A DNA stretch of 64,000 nucleotides from contig OY760646.1 of assembly GCA_963663855.1 (NCBI GenBank), positions 1,076,257-1,140,256 of the forward strand. The letters run 5' to 3'. This document shows, piece after piece, positions 44,201 through 50,923 of the stretch (the stretch's first letter is position 1; every line of letters starts with the position of its first letter). A model generated the notes under the pieces. That model had not been told where the DNA came from, made no database searches, and saw only the letters and a program-made list of their open reading frames with translations. Origin of the DNA: Methanomassiliicoccaceae archaeon (GTDB lineage: Archaea > Thermoplasmatota > Thermoplasmata > Methanomassiliicoccales > Methanomassiliicoccaceae). The position numbers were made by a program, and so were the translations under genes.

Positions 44201-45573
44201 CCTCTCCGTCCAACGGCGCGGTGGGCCTCTCTAACATGGTCGCGTGGGAAGGCTCCGACGCCCGGTCCGGACTGGCGTACTACGAGTACAGCCTGGATGG
44301 CGGCGATTGGGTGAGCGCTGCCAACACCACCGGGCACACCTTCAACGGCCTAGGGCAGGGGCAGCACACCGTGCTGGTCCGCGCCTACGACCAGGCGGGC
44401 AATGACGCCACGGCCACGGTGACGTTCACCTACGACACCGTGGCGCCGGTGGTCAGCATAACCTCCCCGGAGAACGGCACCTGGGTCAACTCGGGCATCG
44501 TCCGATGGGAGGGCAACGATGCCACCAGCGGGCTGGCCTACTTCGAGTACAGCCTGGACGGCGGGGAGTGGACCAACGTGTCCACCGCTACCGAGCATGA
44601 GTTCGAGAACCTCGCCCTGGGCGAGCACACCGTCATCGTCCGCATGGTGGACGCGGTAGGCCTCAACAGCACGGCCACCGTGGTCTTCAGCGTGGACAAC
44701 ATCGTCCCGCACGTGTCCGTCCTCCTGCCGGAGGAGGGCTCCCGGATCAACGCCGAGGACGCCCAGGCAGTGTGGTCCGGGTTCGATCTGGGCAGCGGGA
44801 TCGCCAACTACAGCGTGAGGTTCGATGGCGGCGAGTGGACCGTGATGGACCTGGCGGAGTCGTACTCCCTCATGGACCTGACGGATGGCGAGCACCGGAT
44901 GGAAGTGCGCGTCCTCGACCAGGTGGGCAACCACATGGTCGCGGAGGTGAACTTCACCCTCGACGTCTCCATGCCCACCGTGACCGATAACGGCCCCACG
45001 GGCAGCGACGCCGCCGTGGACTCCCTCATCTACGTGACCTTCTCCGAGGAGATGGACCCGGACACCGTGAGCATCACGGTGAACGGTGTGCAAGGAACCC
45101 TCACCCATGACGGGAACACCTTCATCCTCGAGCCCACCGCGCACCTGGCCTACAACACCGAGTACAGGGTCAGCGTGAGCGGCAAGGACCTGTTCGGGAA
45201 CATGGCGGAGACGGAGTGGACCTTCCGCACCACCAACATCGGGACCCTGACCGGCCACATCGTGGACGCTAACGGGGACCCGGTGGTGGGCGCGGTGGTC
45301 AAGCTGGAGAACGGGCAGAGCACCATAACCGATGAAGCCGGGATGTTCACCTTCCAGACCGAGGCCGGGGAGCACACCGTCACGGTGAGCAAGGACGGCT
45401 ATCAGGCCACGTTCTCCTCCGCTACCCTGGCCGCCGGGGAGACCACCACCCTGAGCGCCATCACCCTGGCCCCGCAGGCCTCCAGCGCGTTCGACTGGTG
45501 GCCGGTCCTCCTGGTAGTGGGCGCCACAGGCTGCATCCTCATGCTGCTGTTCGTGGCCCGCAGGAAGAAGTGA
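38296..45573 (+). CDS. giant (2425-aa) cell-surface protein: signal anchor, three reiterated right-handed parallel beta-helix (PbH1/NosD-like) modules, six tandem Ig-like repeats, SbsA-type Ig, carboxypeptidase-regulatory-like domain, C-terminal TM and basic tail
   Basis: GTG start. N-terminal hydrophobic helix. Many 22-25-aa beta-helix coils (NxTIxxNxxxxxxxGIxL). A NNTVNGRPVYYYANAD(M/L)DNATVPLDAGQVILANVTYVHVTGLNLSDQNAGLV segment occurs three times. Six roughly 88-aa SxxDxxSGxxxYxYSLDGGxW repeats span 43385..44960. The C-terminus (GTLTGHIVDANGDPVVGAVVKLENGQSTITDEAGMFTF...GEHTVTVSKDGYQ, TM, RRKK) is organised like that of the 10100..11629 protein. Confidence 0.8.
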   Translation: MVLISKPDKARWVKGAIALSAVVAIGLLLAGLVVPLLGTSDHDGNNTNDESGSSVGTGPVLDTPFRINGDAELDAKASASGWSGNGTPANPYIITNLNINPGTGSYSTYGIYIGNTTRSFVVQSGTIYRTTTDSSSVYSTGAVNLYHVQNAQVNSVSIPSAYTGVLLTGCKNVTMSGVSVSNANTYCVKIDSCDNVTITNSYFSSANLNNVLASNSKNLSIGQNTIVSSKGEGLRMVSSHNSSVSGNSFYNSQAAQIRLVSSNHTIIQYNSVSSYQGITVESSSFDIIRNNSMSSTYANSKGVYLLSSNNISVLGNDISYYAFGVLSTTSVDGLIGNNTVQGCYNGITMQTSSVRNVVQDNSVTNIQSIGVRILSSNDSLVRNNTCQSCQVGIYLDGSGRNAIDGNTVDLCYTGLGLTSSPDGRITGNKISHCTWSGIALSYSENNVLFENALESCSITMDGFKNAFSTQDIPVNNTVNGRPVYYYANADMDNATVPLDAGQVILANVTYVHVTGLNLSDQNAGLVMSFCSNVLVEDSTFIDNHPYGMAIYYSEDNVFRGNQLEGCYISIYMMSSNNNLFDRNTMTSSNVGLDLHYSIGTVMVANEIGNCSEAGISLAGSESSQLYDNVLVDCSVFLVGDESDHSSHIIPTNNTVNGRPVYYYANADLDNATVPLDAGQVILANVTYVHVTGLNLSDQNAGLVIGYSSYILVDENDLSQDAPNGIYVCSSQYVAVLNNRVTGSDCGVYLYESSLLRVEHNMFTGCYCGVVVAESSMSQILNNTFSETDTGLRFEYSDEAQVAGNIFLEGGDGINVYDSHDLAIEENSFDHMDYGGIFLYESEDNEVQDNRMNDTQNGIFVQYSTSNLVSGNHITNASTGICLYETSGNTITGNNVSSSNEGIYLSSSQETISGNVLSDCYIGVEVTECEAAVVEDNVIARCGDGVLVVNSNAAEVRSNDITECGNGIRLDDYSVVTVSHNEIGACEVGVLVSNQENSYLLSNSITSCLEAGILLEYIDQATLYDNALQGCSVLLEGNENGFTSLDVAINNTVNGRPVYLYCHDALGEDTIPAEAGEVILWDVDTALISGMQFDNTTVAVQIGYSDHVTIESCRFDNMTYRGIWVTASSSVTISQNDFVGCEAGLYSGNNDYVLVDYNDFAGCALGALDVEGNQVLFTDNTATGCEEGLSIDRSYSAVVEDNTITNCAIGIMINERAEVTESIISNCTTAGIMVEGGDGASVHDNSISGSEVGIYLSESDDMQLYRNVLTSCKVGVKVVEDYDDMIYENDISGSSISAMLLSKCEEVSVYGNVIEDCQSGIRDERGYDSEIHDNEIEACLDGIVVQGSEGTYLDRNNVNASERYGISIIGSEYVRAEYNTISNSTSYGMWVNTSLYTTVDLNRFIDNNGAGEVYDPEHAQAFDDRYVYVDIFGPGIYLNYPEDGDTITYGYLYLEIWAQDDSGVNYCEYRLNDGEWIVLDRDGSYFWDDDYPSLEDGDYKLEVRGWDMLGFSASAFINFTAVEGYDMMAPSPSTVKAVGGPAVMAPIDDDDEDEGEDSFTQWSTDLGNYWSDRLLPDADRDSIVDITYSIAGGNGTDMRPLGQVIAIPADLSATEDPFSVTLEWSGYNYSLVGPIDGYYLTRNSTTGGNFTVELGSDAYYYVDSTVDPYRVYTYTLAAFRGAVVGGVTQIEVMTPDPFPPSIVIDGPASGSLTKNSTVEAWWTGEDLYSGMSNYDVRLNEGEWIAVGMYTTYNFTGLVQGENMLWVRAVAVAGNTNETSVTVVLDSTVPSVSVDAPIDGAAFPASSVEAAWSGSDQESGIASYQYRVDGGEWYEMGSVLNATLTGLSDGEHTLEVMAVDNAGNNATASASFTVDTVGPFVSIVSPSNGTAVNSKTVRWEGQDATSGLDHYEYSLDGGNWTYVASATEHEFEGLSDGGHTVAIKMVDVAGLTGWANVTFTLDTVAPVVSITSPSNGAVGLSNMVAWEGSDARSGLAYYEYSLDGGDWVSAANTTGHTFNGLGQGQHTVLVRAYDQAGNDATATVTFTYDTVAPVVSITSPENGTWVNSGIVRWEGNDATSGLAYFEYSLDGGEWTNVSTATEHEFENLALGEHTVIVRMVDAVGLNSTATVVFSVDNIVPHVSVLLPEEGSRINAEDAQAVWSGFDLGSGIANYSVRFDGGEWTVMDLAESYSLMDLTDGEHRMEVRVLDQVGNHMVAEVNFTLDVSMPTVTDNGPTGSDAAVDSLIYVTFSEEMDPDTVSITVNGVQGTLTHDGNTFILEPTAHLAYNTEYRVSVSGKDLFGNMAETEWTFRTTNIGTLTGHIVDANGDPVVGAVVKLENGQSTITDEAGMFTFQTEAGEHTVTVSKDGYQATFSSATLAAGETTTLSAITLAPQASSAFDWWPVLLVVGATGCILMLLFVARRKK
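39717..39874 (+). repeat. intragenic direct DNA repeat, copy 1 (about 158 bp, near-identical to 40248..40405)
   Basis: gaacaacaccgtcaacggcaggccggtgtactactacgccaacgcggac...ctcaacctcagcgatcagaacgcggggctggt is shared almost base for base with copy 2. Confidence 0.8.
40248..40405 (+). repeat. intragenic direct DNA repeat, copy 2 (531 bp downstream of copy 1); a third, diverged copy lies near 41440..41600
   Basis: Same sequence as copy 1 with only a few substitutions (atg/ctg, caat/caac). Confidence 0.8.
43385..44960 (+). repeat. array of six tandem roughly 264-bp coding repeats (Ig-like domains) inside the giant gene
   Basis: Repeat units begin at about 43385, 43645, 43910, 44170, 44430 and 44695. 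Adjacent units share long identical peptide runs (DTVAPVVSITSP, SGLAYYEYSLDGG). Confidence 0.7.
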
Positions 45574-45580
45574 GGCCGGT

Positions 45581-45618
45581 CCAAACCCCTTCAAACCTAT
45601 TCCCTTTTTTCGTTTTTG
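45581..45618 (+). terminator. C/T-rich tract after the giant gene
   Basis: ccaaaccccttcaaacctattcccttttttcgtttttg follows the TGA at 45571..45573. Confidence 0.4.
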
Positions 45619-45692
45619 CCATGTGACACAGCGCCCATCGGTCTGGCCGTGCTCAGCTATTTTAACGGCGGCCGTTAATATCTACCCGTCCG

Positions 45693-46469
45693 ATGGCCCT
45701 CTCCACCCTTGAACTGGCGATCATAATCATCGTAGCGTTCGTCCCGGCAGCGATATACCTTATCTGGATCCGGGCGGCCGAGATATACCAGCGCGAGCCA
45801 GTGCGCGCCATAGCCGGCACGTTCCTGTACGGGCTAACCATCGCCCTGGGCCTGGCCTTCGTGCTCGAGATGCTGGCCGTGACGGTGCTGGAGGCGTACA
45901 GCGGGGGCAGCATCGATGCCACGGTGGAGAGCATCATCCTGGCGGTGGTGCTGGCGCCGGTCATCGAGGAGTTCACCAAGATGACGGGGGTGGTGGCGGC
46001 GAGCCGCCGCCTCACGGAGCTGGAGAACGGTCTGGTGTACGGCGCCGCGGTGGGCCTGGGCTTCGCCGCGGGGGAGAACGTGCTGTACTACACCACCTCG
46101 CTGAACGAGGGGGTGGAACTGTTCATCATCACCGTCCTGGCCCGCACCCTCACGTCCACGCTGCTGCACACCTCGGCCACGGCCATCTCCGGCTTCGGTA
46201 TATCGCGCTCCCGCATGTCACGTGCACTCACAGGGAGGGGGACGAGCTGGTTGCCGTACTACCTGGCGGCGGTGCTCATCCACGCGGCCTTCAACTTCCT
46301 CGCCATCCTGGGCACGGACATCCTGCCCGACACCGGTGGCGATATCTCCCTCATCGGCCTCCTCGCCTCCCTGGTGCTGGTCCTGGGCACGGTGCGCTAC
46401 ATCCGTTGGAAGATCGTGAGCCTGGACCGCGCCTCCCCCGGCTACGTTCCCCCGCCCTACTACCGGTGA
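45693..46469 (+). CDS. prsW: PrsW-family intramembrane metalloprotease
   Basis: Polytopic membrane protein with the PrsW signature set EEFTK, GFAAGEN, HTSATAISGFG and HAAFNF. Confidence 0.75.
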   Translation: MALSTLELAIIIIVAFVPAAIYLIWIRAAEIYQREPVRAIAGTFLYGLTIALGLAFVLEMLAVTVLEAYSGGSIDATVESIILAVVLAPVIEEFTKMTGVVAASRRLTELENGLVYGAAVGLGFAAGENVLYYTTSLNEGVELFIITVLARTLTSTLLHTSATAISGFGISRSRMSRALTGRGTSWLPYYLAAVLIHAAFNFLAILGTDILPDTGGDISLIGLLASLVLVLGTVRYIRWKIVSLDRASPGYVPPPYYR

Positions 46470-46499
46470 TGGTGCAGGAGACCGCTCGACGTTCGATGC

Positions 46500-47138
46500 T
46501 CACTCCTCGGGCGGCCGTGGCATGCCGGGCATGGGCATCCCCCTCGACCGCCGGGGAACGGGGCACCGCGCGGGCCCGGCGCTCTGCGCCAGCTCCTTGC
46601 CCAGCATGCGCGCGTCATCGATGGCGGAAGGATGGTCGGTGATCGATCCCTTCTCATCGAAGCCGGCGAAGGTCAGCCTGCACGACGGTGTGGCCTCCAG
46701 CGTGTAGAAGAACGCCTGCGCGCTGGCCTCCGCGGCCGCGAAATCGGTACGGACCCTCGCCCCCACGGAGATGAACGCGCCCTTGCGCTTCTTGGAGCGG
46801 TAGTGCAGGACGAACTTCTGCACCCAGAACAGCTGGGCCCGGTCGATGAAGGCCTTCATCTGCGCCGACACGCCGTAGAAGTACACCGGGGAGGCGAGGA
46901 TGATCACATCGGCCTCCTCCAGCTTGGGGTAAAGCGACTGCATATCGTCGTCGGTGGTGCACCGCATGCCGTCCGCACAGCCCTCGCAGGCGGTGCACGG
47001 TCCGACGTTCAACTTGCTCAGCGTGACCTTCTCCACCTTGGCCCCCGCCTCCGCCGCGCCCTCCAGGGCGGCGTCCAGCAGCAGGTCGGTGTTCCCGCCC
47101 TCCCGCGGGCTTCCTAGAACTCCCAGTACGTATGTCAT
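46500..47138 (-). CDS. isf: iron-sulfur flavoprotein (Isf-type; NADPH-dependent FMN reductase / flavodoxin-like fold with a compact 4Fe-4S motif)
   Basis: ATG at 47138. MTYVLGVLGSPREGGNTD is a flavodoxin-like FMN-binding start. CTACEGCADGMRC is the compact CxxCxxCxxxxxC cluster motif characteristic of Isf. The start overlaps the upstream methyltransferase stop (ATGA). Confidence 0.7.
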   Translation of the reverse strand: MTYVLGVLGSPREGGNTDLLLDAALEGAAEAGAKVEKVTLSKLNVGPCTACEGCADGMRCTTDDDMQSLYPKLEEADVIILASPVYFYGVSAQMKAFIDRAQLFWVQKFVLHYRSKKRKGAFISVGARVRTDFAAAEASAQAFFYTLEATPSCRLTFAGFDEKGSITDHPSAIDDARMLGKELAQSAGPARCPVPRRSRGMPMPGMPRPPEE

Positions 47139-47950
47139 CCTCTCTCCTCCTTGATGCCGATGCCCTTGAAGAAGGTGTACGCGAACGTTCCCTTCCCTAC
47201 CGTGGCGTGCAGCCCCCGCACGCCCTCGTTCCACTCCGTCTCGGTCATGAGGCCGCCGATCAGCGCTTTTTCGCGCACCCCCTCCACCATGGCGGTGAAG
47301 GTGTTGAGGGTGAACCCCTCCTCCAGCTCCGGGCGGGAGGGGTCCGCGTACACCGTGCGCGGTGTGACGCTCACGTCGCGCAGGCCGGCGGCGGTCAGCA
47401 GGGGGTAGAGCCGGCGGCCGATGAGGGCATCCCCTCCGCTGCGGGCCTGCAGCTCCACCAGGCAGTCGATGGCCCGCTGCGACAGCACGTTCCGAGGGTG
47501 GAAGAAGGCAGAGCCGTGGTCGCCCTCCACGACGGTCAGCGTCCCCCCGGGGCGGAGCATGCCGACAGCGATGTCCAGCGCCCTCTCCGGCCGGGGAAGA
47601 TGCTCCAGGAGGAAGCACACGAACACGTGGTCGAAGCTTCCAGGAGCGAACGGCAGGTCGAACACATCGGCAACGTGGAAAGTGATGTTCCTTGATCCCT
47701 CGCGCTCCATCGCGGCGCGGGCCGCGGCCACCGAGGCCGGGGAGATGTCCACCGAGGTGATCTCCGCCCCCGGGCTGCTGCGGGCCAGCATGACGGTCTG
47801 GGCCCCCACCCCGCACCCCAGCTCCAGGACCTTGCTTCCATCTGAGTAGGAAGTGTCGTGGTGCAGCAGGTGGGCGAGGGTGCGGGATTGGTCTACCAGC
47901 CGCGTGCTCTCTTTCGCGTTGTAGCCGTGCACGTAGTCCTCGGGGCACAT
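47135..47950 (-). CDS. class I SAM-dependent methyltransferase
   Basis: VLELGCGVGAQTVMLA (motif I) and a downstream acidic motif II (ITSVDISP), FDHVFVCFLLEHL (motif III-like) and PGGTL. Confidence 0.75.
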   Translation of the reverse strand: MCPEDYVHGYNAKESTRLVDQSRTLAHLLHHDTSYSDGSKVLELGCGVGAQTVMLARSSPGAEITSVDISPASVAAARAAMEREGSRNITFHVADVFDLPFAPGSFDHVFVCFLLEHLPRPERALDIAVGMLRPGGTLTVVEGDHGSAFFHPRNVLSQRAIDCLVELQARSGGDALIGRRLYPLLTAAGLRDVSVTPRTVYADPSRPELEEGFTLNTFTAMVEGVREKALIGGLMTETEWNEGVRGLHATVGKGTFAYTFFKGIGIKEERG

Positions 47951-47990
47951 ACGTCCCGGCCAACCCCTTGCGGGAAAAAGAGCTTTACGC

Positions 47991-48386
47991 TCAGCGGTCG
48001 AGGGAGCAGGCCTCGATGTTCTCCCGCAAGCGGGTCGGGAGAGTGGAGTAGTAGCGGAACGTCTTGACGATGTAGTCGCAGGCCCCCAGCTTCATGGCCT
48101 GCATGCTCAGCTCGGGGTCCTCGGAGGCGGACACGAATATCACCGGGGCGTCGTACCCCTTGGCCCGCAGCTTCCGCAGCAGGTCGATGCCGGACATGTC
48201 CGGAAGGGAGTAATCGAGCACCACGATGTCGAAGACGTTCCTCCCCAGCACCTTGAGGGCGTCGGACCCGTTGCCGGCCTCGGCCACCTCGAACTCTGCC
48301 GCGGGGAGATGGTCCCGGCACAGCAGGATGTGCTCGTGGTTGTCGTCGACCATGAGCACTGTGATCTTACCTGTTGGTGATGGCAT
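47991..48386 (-). CDS. single-domain response regulator (receiver only, CheY-like)
   Basis: From the ATG at 48386: KITVLMVDDNHEHI...FDIVVLDYSLPDMSGIDLLRKLR...PVIFVSASED...KLGACDYIVK. Its start is 2 nt after the upstream kinase stop. Confidence 0.8.
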   Translation of the reverse strand: MPSPTGKITVLMVDDNHEHILLCRDHLPAAEFEVAEAGNGSDALKVLGRNVFDIVVLDYSLPDMSGIDLLRKLRAKGYDAPVIFVSASEDPELSMQAMKLGACDYIVKTFRYYSTLPTRLRENIEACSLDR

Positions 48387-48387
48387 C

Positions 48388-50535
48388 TCATCCCTCCATG
48401 TTGCGGTCATCGACCTTGGGGAAGATGATGTTGTAGGACGCCCCCCGACTGTGGTCGCCGGGCACGCGGTCCTCCACCCACACGCGGCCGTGGTACCTCT
48501 CGCATAGAGTGGCCACCACCGACATGCTGAGCCCATGCCCTTCCGCCCCCTGCACGGTGTCCAGGCGCTCGTAGCGCTTGAACAGGCCCTGCTTCTGCTC
48601 ATCGGGGATCCCTTTCCCGGCGTCCATGATCCTCACCCTCCACCATTCCCCCTCGTTCTCGCAGTGGTCCAGCACGCTGATCTCCACCGGCCGCCCCTGA
48701 CCGTACTTGCACGCGTACGCCAGGAGGTTGTGGAACAGCATCTTGAGGGAGCCGTCGGCCTTCACCAGGGCCTTGGCGGCGGTCGCGTCCAGGTGGGTCT
48801 CCACGTCCTCGTTGACGGCATTGGACAGCAGCTCGTCCCTCACCTCCTGCAGCGCCGGTATGATGTCCACCACGTCCAGCAGGGCCTCGCCGGCCTGGGC
48901 GCGGAGGCGGGACATCTCGCGGATGTCGGAGATGATCTCCGATATGTTGTCCGACTGCACCAGCGCTGCCCGCACGTACCGCCGCTGCCGCAGGTCCAGC
49001 TTAGGGTCCCTTATGAGCATCTCCAGGAACCCGTGGATGGGGACGTTGAAGTTGGCGACGTCGTGCGTCAGGAGCACGTTGTACATCTGGAGGCTGCTGG
49101 CGTACGACCTGATCTTCTCGTACTGCGACGCGCGGTGGATGGCCAGGGCCGCCTGCAGGGAGAACAGCTCGATGAGCTCGTACTGCTTGGCCGTGAACGG
49201 CACCCCCGGCCGCTTCTCCAGCGTCATCACGCCCAGCAGGTCGTCGCCGAACTTCAGCGGGACGCAGATGATGGAGCTGGGCTCCTCGGCCGGGGTCCCT
49301 GGCACCGTCATGGCCCGGGGGTCCAGGTCCGCCCGCACCACCAGCTGCCCCTTTCCGGTCTGGGCCACCAGCCCGGTGATACCGTCCCCCACATTCAGCT
49401 CCGGCACCGTGGTGATGCCCTCCTCGGTGATCTGCGATATGGCCTGCAGACGGTCGCTCGCGGCGTTGAGCTGGAAGATGAAGCAGTTGTCCGCGGCCAC
49501 CAGGCCCCGGGCGGTCTGCAGGATGACGTGCAGCAGCTCCCTCAGCTCCAGGGTGGAGGACAGCGCCTGCGTCGTCTCGTACAGCCCCTGCAGGATGTTG
49601 GAGCGGGCCATCAGCTCCTGGTGCAGCCGGGTGTTGCGCAGGGAGATGGCCACATGGTTGCAGAACACCTGCAGGATGGGGAACAGCAGGCTCAGGTCCC
49701 CGCCCAGGCGGCGGTTCCCGAACACCGCGCAGCCGTACGACCTCTCGGACCAGTTGATGGTGAGCGCCACCAGGGAGCGGACCTCTGGTACTGGGCAGCT
49801 CACCTCCGAACGCTCCAGGTCATCGATCACCACCTTGTGCCCGCGGTTGGCGGTCTGGTACAGCATCGTCCCGTCGGGCAGCATGCACTCCAGCACCTGC
49901 TTGGCCTCCGGCTCCACGATGCCATGGCACAGCAGCTGCGGCTCCCCCTGGGGGTTGAGGATGCGGAAGATGGCGAAGTCCAGGCCCAGGGAGCGGATGA
50001 GGCGGGAGGCCTCGGCATCTATCATCTCCTTCAGGTCGCTGCCCTCGCTGGTCTCCAGGGATGTGCTGGCCAGCACCTTGATCATCTCATAGGGATCGGC
50101 CTCCCCCCGCACCTCCAGGCCGCGGTCCTCCACGATGACCATCAGCACGCCGTCCACCGCGCCCTGCGAGTCCCATGACGGCAGGAGGACGCACCGCCGC
50201 TCCTCGTGGTGGGGGGTGTCAAAAACCGTGCACGCTCTCGACGGCACCCCCTCCAGACATTGACGGAACGCCTGCAGGTACATCTCCCAGCCCTGAGGCG
50301 AGAGGTCCTTGGAGATGAGGGCCACGAGCTGCTGGCCAGTGCACTCTCCCGCGGGCCGGCCTAATATCGCCTCCGCCGGCTCGTTGATGTACACCACCCG
50401 TCCGCGGGGGTCCAGCAGGATCAGGGGCGATGGCATGTGGTCGATGAGCTGGGGGGAGCTCACCATGGAGAAGCGTTCCACTAGCTCCTCTATCGGGCCA
50501 TCGGTACCCAGCGGTCCGTGCATTGGAGCGCTCAT
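48388..50535 (-). CDS. sensor histidine kinase (PAS + GAF + GAF + HisKA + HATPase_c), cytoplasmic
   Basis: PAS-like N-terminus; two GAF-like regions; H-box LTHDVANFNVPIHGFLEML; HATPase NLLAYACKYGQG...IMDAGKGIPDEQKQGLFKRYERLD...GHGLSMSVVATL. ATG at 50535 with TTTATATAGG about 10-20 nt upstream, consistent with a leaderless transcript. Confidence 0.8.
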   Translation of the reverse strand: MSAPMHGPLGTDGPIEELVERFSMVSSPQLIDHMPSPLILLDPRGRVVYINEPAEAILGRPAGECTGQQLVALISKDLSPQGWEMYLQAFRQCLEGVPSRACTVFDTPHHEERRCVLLPSWDSQGAVDGVLMVIVEDRGLEVRGEADPYEMIKVLASTSLETSEGSDLKEMIDAEASRLIRSLGLDFAIFRILNPQGEPQLLCHGIVEPEAKQVLECMLPDGTMLYQTANRGHKVVIDDLERSEVSCPVPEVRSLVALTINWSERSYGCAVFGNRRLGGDLSLLFPILQVFCNHVAISLRNTRLHQELMARSNILQGLYETTQALSSTLELRELLHVILQTARGLVAADNCFIFQLNAASDRLQAISQITEEGITTVPELNVGDGITGLVAQTGKGQLVVRADLDPRAMTVPGTPAEEPSSIICVPLKFGDDLLGVMTLEKRPGVPFTAKQYELIELFSLQAALAIHRASQYEKIRSYASSLQMYNVLLTHDVANFNVPIHGFLEMLIRDPKLDLRQRRYVRAALVQSDNISEIISDIREMSRLRAQAGEALLDVVDIIPALQEVRDELLSNAVNEDVETHLDATAAKALVKADGSLKMLFHNLLAYACKYGQGRPVEISVLDHCENEGEWWRVRIMDAGKGIPDEQKQGLFKRYERLDTVQGAEGHGLSMSVVATLCERYHGRVWVEDRVPGDHSRGASYNIIFPKVDDRNMEG

Positions 50536-50923
50536 CTCATTGTGGCCTATATAAATAAGGAAGGCTTTGTTATCACTTTCAGCCAGCAACCTTACGTTCG
50601 TATGGTCCCTACGAGCCTACGTTCGACGGGCGAAGGACCGCCGAAGGCCAGAGCGCCGTCCCTTCCTTGCGGAGACGGTACCATCATCGAGCAGGGCCGC
50701 AGGGCGGGCCGTTCAGCGAGCAGATATTATCATTTTTCGGAACGAATAATAGGCCTCTTTCCGCCCTCTCCTTCACCTGCCGTACCGTTCTGCGACCAGG
50801 CATCAGCGGCGCATGTCACGCACGACCCTCGCCCGAATATGCTCCAGCCGAGTGGATAGTAGTGGGGATGATGTAGGATGTTGAAAGAAGGTACTAATAT
50901 CCGGCCATGGTTAAGGTGGTTCG

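Noticed and set aside
46500-47963. 487-aa ORF spanning both isf and the methyltransferase.
   Set aside because: The upstream 275 codons are an alternative frame of the methyltransferase gene (47135..47950) with Arg/Gly/Pro-rich nonsense. The real product starts at the ATG at 47138.
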